14,913 nt of DNA from a virus (lineage: Duplodnaviria; Heunggongvirae; Uroviricota; Caudoviricetes). Position 1 is the stretch's first letter; each line of letters opens with the position of its first letter. The notes under the pieces were generated by a model that was given only the letters and a program-made list of their open reading frames with translations, searched no databases and had not been told where the DNA came from. The stretch lies in IMG/VR virus record IMGVR_UViG_3300021467_000082. The stretch is one strand, 5' to 3'. The position numbers were made by a program, and so were the translations under genes. This document shows, piece by piece, positions 1 through 6,900 of the stretch.

Positions 1-1
1 G

Positions 2-724
2 CATAAAAAATTAGTAAATGATAACATTGTGTATCAACCATTATTGGATCATTTACTAGGCACAGCCAAAATAGCAGAGGCTTGTTATTATCATATAGCG
101 GGTAATTGGGGGTATGTTGCTGGGCTACTAAAGAAAGCATCACAGGAAGGTCTATCTAAATTACACGAGATACAGAAACATATGTGTAAGGAATACTTTG
201 ACGTGCGCACGTTTGGTGCTGTTATGATTGGTAAAAAAGAAGATTTGGGGCATTTAACAGGCCCATGCCAATTAAGTTTTGCTGAATCAATAGACCCTGT
301 TATTGCAGAAGAGGTTACGATTACTCGTAAGGCAGCAACTAATGAAAAAGAAGAAGTAGATAAACGTAATCAAACGATGGGAGCTAAATATATAATACCA
401 TATGCTCTGTATAAAGGATACGGACATATATCAGCTCATTTAGCTAATCAAACTGGTTTTGATGAGAAGGATTTAGACGTGCTGTTTGAAGCTATAATTA
501 ATATGTTTGATTTTGATAAAGCCGCTAGTCGTGGCGAAATGGCGTTAAGACAATTAATAATTTTTAAACATCAATCACCATTAAGAAATGCACCATCACA
601 TAAGTTATTTGACTTGGTCAGGATTAATAAAGTAGTAGACACATTACCAAGATCGATTTATGATTATAAGATTGAGTTGTTAGATAATCCATACGAAAAT
701 GTAGAAATTATGACTATTTATTAA
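2..724 (+). CDS. cas7: Chimeric Cas3 HD N-terminal fragment fused to type I-C Cas7 (Csd2) C-terminal two-thirds; 5' end runs off the window
   Basis: The frame is open from base 2 (HKKLVNDNIVYQPLL...). Residues from MCKEYFDVRTFGAVM through GPCQLSFAESIDPV, ITRKAAT, TMGAKYIIPYALY, TGFDEKDL, NMFDFDKAASRGEM and FKHQSPLRNAPSHKLFDLV match type I-C Cas7 motifs throughout. Bases 2-130 encode QPLLDHL..TAKIA..GNWGYVAGLL, the Cas3 HD N-terminal pattern. The Cas7 N-terminal NPNGDP and KRKIRN motifs are absent. Confidence 0.9.
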   Translation, partial: HKKLVNDNIVYQPLLDHLLGTAKIAEACYYHIAGNWGYVAGLLKKASQEGLSKLHEIQKHMCKEYFDVRTFGAVMIGKKEDLGHLTGPCQLSFAESIDPVIAEEVTITRKAATNEKEEVDKRNQTMGAKYIIPYALYKGYGHISAHLANQTGFDEKDLDVLFEAIINMFDFDKAASRGEMALRQLIIFKHQSPLRNAPSHKLFDLVRINKVVDTLPRSIYDYKIELLDNPYENVEIMTIY

Positions 725-784
725 TAAACGAATTCCATTATGATAATACATGAATTAAAATAAAAAATAAAAAATAATGGTTTT

Positions 785-936
785 TTCAAAGATTGAATTT
801 TTCGAGCCTGAAAAATTTTTGATAAATAAAATGATATAAAAAAATAAAATATAAATCGAGTTCAAAGACCGAATTTGCCGAGCCTGAAAAATTTTTTAAA
901 ATAAAATGTAATAAAAAATAATAAAATAGTAATATC
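785..936. repeat. Imperfect two-unit tandem repeat, 76 bp period, 36 bp conserved core plus A-rich tail
   Basis: 785-820 ttcaaagattgaatttttcgagcctgaaaaattttt vs 861-896 ttcaaagaccgaatttgccgagcctgaaaaattttt (32/36 identical); both are followed by similar A-rich tails. Confidence 0.8.
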
Positions 937-1039
937 AAAAAGAAGGACGAAAAACCAAAATTATAACTAAACTATAACTATTAAGAATGAAGAATGTTGG
1001 ACGTGAAGAATGGAAATTAAGAAAGGAAATATGATAGGA

Positions 1040-1067
1040 GAGGCCCTACCTATATAGGAAGGGCCTC
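1040..1067. terminator. GC-rich hairpin between convergent genes, probable terminator
   Basis: gaggccct-a-cctatatagg-a-agggcctc: an 8 bp inverted repeat enclosing a 10 bp palindrome, 11 nt past the stop of ORF 1079-1450. The U-tract is weak. Confidence 0.55.
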
Positions 1068-1078
1068 AAATAGGGAAG

Positions 1079-1450
1079 TTAGGTAGATTGAGCAGGAGGT
1101 CCCAAAAGGGCAGAAGCTTTGTCCCAGTAGTCATCAATTGACATATTTAATATTTTAGTTATAAATGTTTCAAAGCCTTTTTTCATAAGCTCGGTCGGTT
1201 TTGAATATTTCAATAAATTAATTGAGTCCTTAAAATTCAATTTCCATTTATTACATAATTCTTTAATTCTCTTTATATCAGCGCCTAGTGCTAATGCTTC
1301 CAATACAACTGTCCATGCTGTTTCTCGATTTGATGTGTCTATCAGCCATACCTTCTTAACAAATGGACTATCAAAATAATCGTCAGTAGCCACTACAGGG
1401 TTTTTGCCTATTAAATCACCATTTGTATGTAAATAATAATACCATTGCAT
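1079..1450 (-). CDS. Hypothetical protein, 123 aa
   Basis: ORF track; GGGGA SD-like sequence upstream; collinear with the operon; no family recognised. Confidence 0.75.
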   Translation of the reverse strand: MQWYYYLHTNGDLIGKNPVVATDDYFDSPFVKKVWLIDTSNRETAWTVVLEALALGADIKRIKELCNKWKLNFKDSINLLKYSKPTELMKKGFETFITKILNMSIDDYWDKASALLGPPAQST

Positions 1451-1464
1451 AATAATTCCCCCTA

Positions 1465-2226
1465 TTATAAATTATATAAATGTCCTTCATACGCTTCAAT
1501 TATTTGTGACGCTCCTATATATCCATCTCTATTCTCTCTCTGTGGACATGGTGAAATAGTGCCGTCAGGAAATACCCACAGCGCTTTTGCCGTTATACAT
1601 TTTTTAGTACATCCATTACATAATTTTCCCTTATTTTCTTGGATGCCTGTGTATCGACTTTTAATTACATAACTAGGATATTTCTGCGAAATTTCTTCAA
1701 TATGTTTCCGTAAAACTTCTGTTTTATTTGAAAAGAAATCGGTAAATAGTTTAATAGGTATTCTATATTCTCCGTAATAAGAAACAATTTTATCCAACAT
1801 TTCCAGATTTTTCTCAGTAACAACTATTTGAATTTGTCCGTTAATTGCTTTTAGAGTATCACGATCTGGATATAACGCACCAACATGCCAACAATCGACT
1901 AAACTATCAATTCCTAAATCCAATGCTGTTCCATTAGTATTTATTTTTATAAAAGGCTTGAATTTTTTAGTAAAAGAGACCAGTTCAGTTAAATGAGGGT
2001 ATATACCTGGTTCGCCCCCACTAAATTCAACTTGTGCTTTTTCCTTCATTATGCTACAATAGTCTTTTATTATATGTTTGGCTATATTTAGATTTAAAAA
2101 TATTGGCTTACTGATAGGTTTTTTTTGAAAATCATTTAAACAGTGATAGCAGTTTTTATTACACCCGTTTGTTACCAATATCCTGAGTCTAAAATCATTC
2201 TTATGAATTTGTTTATCGAATATCAT
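1465..2226 (-). CDS. Radical SAM protein (MoaA-like, with C-terminal twitch/SPASM-like cysteines)
   Basis: RILVTNGCNKNCYHC (CxxxCxxC), FSGGEP and INTNG motifs, plus C-terminal CNGCTKKC...PDGTISPC; GGAG SD. Confidence 0.88.
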   Translation of the reverse strand: MIFDKQIHKNDFRLRILVTNGCNKNCYHCLNDFQKKPISKPIFLNLNIAKHIIKDYCSIMKEKAQVEFSGGEPGIYPHLTELVSFTKKFKPFIKINTNGTALDLGIDSLVDCWHVGALYPDRDTLKAINGQIQIVVTEKNLEMLDKIVSYYGEYRIPIKLFTDFFSNKTEVLRKHIEEISQKYPSYVIKSRYTGIQENKGKLCNGCTKKCITAKALWVFPDGTISPCPQRENRDGYIGASQIIEAYEGHLYNL

Positions 2227-2339
2227 AATTTAACTCCGTTTGTTCGTTATTTTCAATCAGGTGTCCGCACGAAGCACGACAGTCTATTTTTAGCTGTTTG
2301 GTTTAATTACTCTTATTTATCGCGAATTCTGTAACATTT

Positions 2340-2900
2340 TTATGTAAGTTTTAGCTTCGCGCGTTCAAAATCTTTAACTACCCTTTCAAAGTGTATATGT
2401 TTTACACCACCTCCCCGCGCTAAATAACTAGGATGGTAAGTACAAACAACTGGTATTTTCATATAAAATAAATTATCCATAGTCCGCAATTGCCCAATTC
2501 TTGCATCAGTGCCTAATAAATATTGAGATACATCGCCACCTAATAATATAATGACTTTAGGCTGTATAAGATGCAGCTGCACCAACAAATAAGGTAAGCA
2601 AGCAGACATCCATTCCTTTCTTAAAGGTAGTCCTGGTTGTACAAAACATTTTACCAAATTAGTAATATAAAAATCGGAACTGCTAAATACTCGATCTAAT
2701 ATGACATCAAGTATTTTACCAGCAGTTCCGACAAATGGTTTTCCTATTTGATTTTCTTCGGGTCCAGGGCACATTCCACAGATAAATACATCTCTTCCAT
2801 TCCCCCGTGCAAATACGGGTTTATTTCGTCCTGCATATAATTCGCAAAATGTGCATTGTGCGGCTTGTTCCTGTACCTTTTCCATCATAATATCTGCCAT
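2340..2900 (-). CDS. Uracil-DNA glycosylase family 4 ([4Fe-4S]) with variant motif A
   Basis: CxxC at the N-terminus, GMCPGPEENQIGKPFVGTAG, ITNLVKC, ACLPYL..Q..LIQPKVIILLG and TYHPSY. Confidence 0.9.
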   Translation of the reverse strand: MADIMMEKVQEQAAQCTFCELYAGRNKPVFARGNGRDVFICGMCPGPEENQIGKPFVGTAGKILDVILDRVFSSSDFYITNLVKCFVQPGLPLRKEWMSACLPYLLVQLHLIQPKVIILLGGDVSQYLLGTDARIGQLRTMDNLFYMKIPVVCTYHPSYLARGGGVKHIHFERVVKDFERAKLKLT

Positions 2901-2920
2901 ACTTTTCCTCGTATCATATT

Positions 2921-3061
2921 CTATTTCCTACGACAAGGTCCTCGTCTACCCCCTCTACCTCTACCTATTCCTTTACCTGGGCCTCTACCACGGCCTCTGC
3001 CACGGCCATCTCTCGGCCCTCTACTACCACGTCTTGGTCCGGTTCCATCTCTATTTGGCAT
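2921..3061 (-). CDS. Arg/Gly-rich microprotein, 46 aa, DUF5320-like N-terminus (missed by ORF track)
   Basis: Hand translation MPNRDGTGPRRGSRGPRDGRGRGRGRGPGKGIGRGRGGRRGPCRRK*; AGGAGGT SD 7 nt upstream; overlaps the end of the upstream gene by 11 nt. Confidence 0.8.
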   Translation of the reverse strand: MPNRDGTGPRRGSRGPRDGRGRGRGRGPGKGIGRGRGGRRGPCRRK

Positions 3062-3992
3062 CTTTAACACCTCCTTTAACATGTGATAAATGTACATCTA
3101 TAACAAACTGCTCAACTATTGTATAATTAGGTCGGTTGGGCAGTTCGCTACTATTGTACAGTTCTTCAATATCTTTCTCCAGTTCTTCTGATAATTCCAA
3201 CAACTTATTCAAATCATATTTTCCATATCGTATATCTTTAATTAAATCAGCATATTGCAATGGTAATATTAAATTGCCAGTAGATAGTAATTCTTTACCT
3301 TCTAGTAATAGTCTTATTAAATGACTTGCAAATTTTGTATCAAATCCATATTTACTGACCAATTCTTTTCTGCTACCGAATTTTGCTAATCTTTGTCCAA
3401 TAATCTTCCTCGCCCTTTTAACCGTAGCTGTTGCTGGTACATTAATATCAGCAATTCTAATAACATCTCTTCGCTTTGCAAATAATGGATTAGGCAACAG
3501 CTCTAACAAAAATTTCTCGTCTTGGCAGTTACTTAATATTCTGTCTGCTTCTAATAATTTTTCATAGTTATCCAATTTAATAACCATCTTATGTTTTTGG
3601 CTAATAGCATAGCCTAAGAATCTATGTTTAATTTTTTTGGATAAAAAAGCGTGTCTTAAATCTAATAGTTGTCTGCCTACTGGATGTATATATTCAATAC
3701 CTTCGTTCACGAATAACATTTCTAATATGTTTGGATTATTATCCAATGCTAATTTAGCAAATTTTTGTAAACTGTATACTTTAAAATCTATTGCATTAGG
3801 GCTATTTTTACCATTTGGTAATTTGTCTTTCATGCTTAAATCAATTTCTTCAACTCTCTTCAACCCTAATAAATAATCTGGCGGTGGCAAAAAAATGCCG
3901 GCGTAGTCTTCATCTGAATCTTCGGTATTAGTACCATAAAGATGACTGCCGGTTCGTATTTTTAATATAATTTTAATATTTTCCAACTCCAT
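3051..3992 (-). CDS. Pol-beta superfamily nucleotidyltransferase, PF10127 (RlaP / T4 NrdC.11-like)
   Basis: GSHLYGTNTEDSDEDYAGIF (GS plus DxD), YSLQKF..LAL.NNPNILEMLF, and YDTK-like FDTKFASHLIRLLLEGKELL. Confidence 0.85.
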   Translation of the reverse strand: MELENIKIILKIRTGSHLYGTNTEDSDEDYAGIFLPPPDYLLGLKRVEEIDLSMKDKLPNGKNSPNAIDFKVYSLQKFAKLALDNNPNILEMLFVNEGIEYIHPVGRQLLDLRHAFLSKKIKHRFLGYAISQKHKMVIKLDNYEKLLEADRILSNCQDEKFLLELLPNPLFAKRRDVIRIADINVPATATVKRARKIIGQRLAKFGSRKELVSKYGFDTKFASHLIRLLLEGKELLSTGNLILPLQYADLIKDIRYGKYDLNKLLELSEELEKDIEELYNSSELPNRPNYTIVEQFVIDVHLSHVKGGVKDAK

Positions 3993-4236
3993 TTTGAGTA
4001 CCTACAAACTTTTTATTATCACAATGCTCATCATACTCCAAATTTGTTAAATCTTTATTCAATTTTTCAATAAATTCATCTTCTGAAATAAACTTATCAC
4101 AATTGACATCATTCGGATTTCCACCAAGAAAACATCTACCTGTTCCAGCTAATCCAGTGCCAGCTAAACATTCCATGAAATTACATTTTGGTCTTTTTAA
4201 TTTGCTAAATATTTGTTCTAACTTTTCTTTAGACAT
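3973..4236 (-). CDS. Hypothetical Cys-containing protein, 87 aa
   Basis: ORF track; GAGGA SD; four Cys in the N-terminal half; overlaps the next gene by 20 nt. Confidence 0.65.
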   Translation of the reverse strand: MSKEKLEQIFSKLKRPKCNFMECLAGTGLAGTGRCFLGGNPNDVNCDKFISEDEFIEKLNKDLTNLEYDEHCDNKKFVGTQNGVGKY

Positions 4237-4269
4237 TTCTATCCTCGCCTAGGATTTACAATTTGTACC

Positions 4270-4473
4270 TCATGTACCTTGTGTTGTTTTAGGTTCATTT
4301 TTGTAATCTGTTACGTACCAGCCTTTACCCTTCAAAATAAAAGACGAATTAGACATTAATTTAATTAATTCGCCCCCACACTTTGGACATGTTTTAATTG
4401 GCTCATCATTAATACTTTGTATAAATTCTAATTTGGCTTTACATTTTTTACATTCATATTCATAGATTGGCAT
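4270..4473 (-). CDS. FmdB family zinc-ribbon protein
   Basis: [11 protein letters not shown]...CPKCGG...[14 protein letters not shown] matches the family signature. Confidence 0.92.
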   Translation of the reverse strand: MPIYEYECKKCKAKLEFIQSINDEPIKTCPKCGGELIKLMSNSSFILKGKGWYVTDYKNEPKTTQGT

Positions 4474-4496
4474 TTTCTATTCCACTCCATATGTAT

Positions 4497-4573
4497 TGGG
4501 GCGACTGGCAGGATTCGAACCTGCATATACAAGGGCCACAACCTTGCGCCTAAACCATTCGGCCACAGCCGCC
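4497..4573 (-). tRNA. tRNA-His(GUG), with G-1:C73 and encoded CCA
   Basis: G-GCGGCTG/CAGTCGC-C-CCA acceptor; CAAGG-TTGTGGC-CCTTG anticodon arm; GCAGG-TTCGAAT-CCTGC T arm. Confidence 0.96.
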
Positions 4574-4642
4574 ATTACGAATTTAACAGATTGCCTGATC
4601 GCAAATCTGTTTTTTAATCTCACCATCTTTGTTCACAATGGT

Positions 4643-4840
4643 TTAGCCTCCATAGTAGTCATCTATTTCATACTTTAATTCGTCTAATACAAAATCTCTG
4701 TATTTAAATTCGCCATTTATAACGGCCCAATATTCTCCATTACGCATATCTTGTACTATATCAAAGCCTCTATAAGCAGCGATAAATTCATATACATTTT
4801 CCGTTGCACTTTTCGCCACACTTTCCATTAATGTCATCAA
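4643..4840 (-). CDS. Hypothetical protein, ~60-65 aa (start uncertain)
   Basis: ORF track; GGAG SD upstream; protein-like composition. Confidence 0.65.
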   Translation of the reverse strand: MMTLMESVAKSATENVYEFIAAYRGFDIVQDMRNGEYWAVINGEFKYRDFVLDELKYEIDDYYGG

Positions 4841-4973
4841 TAGTCTCCTTGAGATATTTTTTTATTAATTGTTGAATGGCATATTCAACTAACAATTTAA
4901 TTTCTTCTTCGGTCAGCTCTAATTCCAGCGTAGCTGACCCGTCTTTATGTTCTGTTAGGTTCAATACTTTCAT
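4788..4973 (-). CDS. Hypothetical small phage protein, 61 aa
   Basis: ORF track; AGGA SD; EHKDGSAT..ELTEEE pattern; overlaps the next ORF by 53 nt. Confidence 0.65.
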   Translation of the reverse strand: MKVLNLTEHKDGSATLELELTEEEIKLLVEYAIQQLIKKYLKETIDDINGKCGEKCNGKCI

Positions 4974-4977
4974 AATA

Positions 4978-5244
4978 CTATCCTTTCAATATATTAATTA
5001 GAGTTAATGCCGATATTACCAGACCAACAATAATGTTGATAATGGTCAACACTTTCCATGCTATAGCAACCGTGCCTTTACATTTTTCGGCCACTTTCTC
5101 CGCTGTTAGATCAATATAATGCTTTAACTGAGCATCATCAATGGCTGGTTCTTTTTCACGTTTTTCTTGAGGTGGCCTTGGAACTATCGGTATTCGATAG
5201 TTATATGTAAGTTTTTCAAATATACTAAATGGGTTATGTTTCAT
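4978..5244 (-). CDS. Hypothetical membrane protein with one C-terminal TM helix, 88 aa
   Basis: Hydrophobic C-terminus VLTIINIIVGLVISALTLINIL; GGAG SD. Confidence 0.7.
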   Translation of the reverse strand: MKHNPFSIFEKLTYNYRIPIVPRPPQEKREKEPAIDDAQLKHYIDLTAEKVAEKCKGTVAIAWKVLTIINIIVGLVISALTLINILKG

Positions 5245-5274
5245 GACTCTGCTCCATTATGTATAATCATTATA

Positions 5275-5350
5275 TGGCTGGCGTGGCAGGACTCGAACCT
5301 GCGACCCGGTGATTAACAGTCACCTGCTCTGCCAGCTGAGCTACACGCCA
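5275..5350 (-). tRNA. tRNA-Asn(GUU), CCA encoded
   Basis: TGGCGTG/CACGCCA-G-CCA; GGTGA-CTGTTAA-TCACC; GCAGG-TTCGAGT-CCTGC. Confidence 0.96.
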
Positions 5351-5353
5351 TCT

Positions 5354-5500
5354 TTACCTGCCCTGTCCTCTATAAGGCTTGAAACTACGTTTTGCATGTT
5401 TATTTTTTGGCCTACTATTTCTTGATAGCCCAATAGATGTTCTAATATGTCGTTTGGTAATTCTCGGTATTTTAGATTTTTGTTCTTTTGCTCTAGCCAT
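5354..5500 (-). CDS. Highly basic microprotein, 48 aa, ending YRGQGR (missed by ORF track)
   Basis: Hand translation MARAKEQKSKIPRITKRHIRTSIGLSRNSRPKNKHAKRSFKPYRGQGR*; GGAG SD; overlaps the upstream stop by 8 nt; fills the gap up to tRNA-Asn. Confidence 0.8.
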   Translation of the reverse strand: MARAKEQKSKIPRITKRHIRTSIGLSRNSRPKNKHAKRSFKPYRGQGR

Positions 5501-5750
5501 TATCCACTCCCATTTCTAATTCTTTTTGTTTTTGTAGTTCCAATCTTTTTAATTGAGATGCTCTTTTTAATGATCGTTTAACAGCATAATCCAACAATTT
5601 TTCGCCGTGATTTACTACTTCGCTGCTTATTTCTTCAATAATTTCAGGCCATGTTTCAAACATGTATTCGGCAAAATTTAAAGAAGTTTTTTCTGTTAAT
5701 TTGTCGAATATCAATTCTTCTACATCACATTGATCAAATAAAGCATTCAT
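5493..5750 (-). CDS. Hypothetical protein, 85 aa
   Basis: ORF track; AGGAGGT SD directly after the tRNA-Tyr 3' end. Confidence 0.75.
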   Translation of the reverse strand: MNALFDQCDVEELIFDKLTEKTSLNFAEYMFETWPEIIEEISSEVVNHGEKLLDYAVKRSLKRASQLKRLELQKQKELEMGVDNG

Positions 5751-5765
5751 AATAATACCTCCTTT

Positions 5766-5848
5766 TGGAGAGGGGAGGATTCGAACCCCCGAAGACTGAC
5801 GCCAGCAGGTTTACAGCCTGCCCCCTTTGACCGCTTGGGTACCTCTCC
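5766..5848 (-). tRNA. tRNA-Tyr(GUA), long variable arm, CCA not encoded
   Basis: GGAGAGG/CCTCTCC-A; GCAGG-CTGTAAA-CCTGC; GGGGG-TTCGAAT-CCTCC; followed by AAA. Confidence 0.95.
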
Positions 5849-6079
5849 TTATACATCATAGACAGAAATGAAAGTTTTATCAAACCCTAAATAATTACCT
5901 ATTCTATAGTCCAATTTATAATCATCTAGTACTCCAACGACTAGCTTTTGCATAACTGGACTATGTCCGATAATTATTTTTAACTCATTACCTGTGTTCC
6001 AATTGGCTTCAATGAATCTAATGACTTCCCTTTCGACTTCAGCGTGTCTGATACCGTGTAAATCTAATGTTTTAACCAC
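5849..6079 (-). CDS. Stand-alone Smr-domain-like protein, 76 aa (GTG start)
   Basis: KTLDLHG motif at the N-terminus with helix-strand spacing to IIIGHS. A GGAGG SD precedes the GTG at 6079, so the ORF-track start at 6121 is probably too long. Confidence 0.6.
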   Translation of the reverse strand: MVKTLDLHGIRHAEVEREVIRFIEANWNTGNELKIIIGHSPVMQKLVVGVLDDYKLDYRIGNYLGFDKTFISVYDV

Positions 6080-6248
6080 ATCTAGTCCTCCATACATCAG
6101 ATGGCATCCACTGCTCATCATAAGTTAATTTGTTATAACTATTTTTCAATCGTTTAAATCTTGCCCGATATAGATAATTATTTAATGTTAATTTATCGTC
6201 CAACATTTCTTCTATTAATTCCAAGGCTTCTTTTAATAGTTGCTGCAT
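6072..6248 (-). CDS. Hypothetical protein, 58 aa (missed by ORF track)
   Basis: MQQLLKEALELIEEMLDDKLTLNNYLYRARFKRLKNSYNKLTYDEQWMPSDVWRTRCG*; AGGAGGT SD; overlaps the next start. Confidence 0.7.
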   Translation of the reverse strand: MQQLLKEALELIEEMLDDKLTLNNYLYRARFKRLKNSYNKLTYDEQWMPSDVWRTRCG

Positions 6249-6251
6249 CGC

Positions 6252-6803
6252 CTACCTCCTATACACACCTTGACTAAATATCCATTGTTCCTTCTCATAT
6301 ACTAATTGCTTTAATTCGACCGTATAATATTGTTCCGGTGGTTCATGATCCGTTTTATATATATGTGGGTAACTATCCGTATTTACAATTTCTTCTAAAT
6401 CCTCTAGCAAATTTTCTAACCGTATAAATTTTATATTGCTTGGCAATTTTCCATCTATCAGTAACCAGTTATCATAGCTCAACATATGCTCGCAATAATA
6501 TTGGACGAAGTCTCCAAATGGCAGTTTTGCTAATTTTCTCAAATACTTGTACCGCTTGTCCGGATTAACTTTTGACCAATGCCATAAAGATACAATTCTT
6601 GCTAACGGATGTCTAATTGGCGTCAATATTGTGTAGTCTTGTACATTGGTCAATTGCATTTTTACATTCAATGGTTCATGTAGTTTCTCTTTTTTTATAA
6701 TTTTATACTTATTGTTCATATTTTTGAGATGTTCGCTTAAACTGGTACCACCAGTACGTGGAATGTGGAATACTGCTAATTTGTTGTCAGGCCATGTTAT
6801 CAT
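6252..6803 (-). CDS. Sulfotransferase family 2 (PAPS-dependent) protein
   Basis: 5'-PSB-like FHIPRTGGTSL and 3'-PB-like IRHPLARIVSLW motifs; IKFIRLENLLEDL. Confidence 0.82.
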   Translation of the reverse strand: MITWPDNKLAVFHIPRTGGTSLSEHLKNMNNKYKIIKKEKLHEPLNVKMQLTNVQDYTILTPIRHPLARIVSLWHWSKVNPDKRYKYLRKLAKLPFGDFVQYYCEHMLSYDNWLLIDGKLPSNIKFIRLENLLEDLEEIVNTDSYPHIYKTDHEPPEQYYTVELKQLVYEKEQWIFSQGVYRR

Positions 6804-6900
6804 TTATCTTCCTCCAGCGCTGATTTAACTTTAATGCGCTGATTCCATGATTCTGCAAAGTTTACAAGCTACGCAATTCATAGTTCAGATGACTAATTAA

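Noticed and set aside
29-724. Full-length stand-alone Cas7 starting at GTG 29
   Set aside because: The frame is open to the window edge and the N-terminal Cas7 motifs are replaced by Cas3-HD-like sequence.
785-896. CRISPR array next to cas7
   Set aside because: Only two imperfect copies, the would-be spacers resemble each other and are nearly all A/T, and there is no type I-C repeat hairpin; reported as a tandem repeat only.
1465-2226. QueE or true MoaA assignment for the radical SAM protein
   Set aside because: Only generic radical SAM motifs are visible and no pathway partners are in the window, so no gene symbol was given.
2851-3126. Plus-strand ORFs 2851-3126 and Pro-rich 2856-3086
   Set aside because: Antisense shadows of the RG-rich minus-strand microprotein, which has the strong SD.
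4585-4616. Hairpin aacagatt...aatctgtt followed by a T-run upstream of tRNA-His
   Set aside because: AT-rich stem with the U-tract on the non-coding strand; too weak to call a terminator.
6830-6880. 16-codon ORF MNCVACKLCRIMESAH
   Set aside because: Too short and lacks an SD; the CxxCxxC may be chance or a gene remnant.
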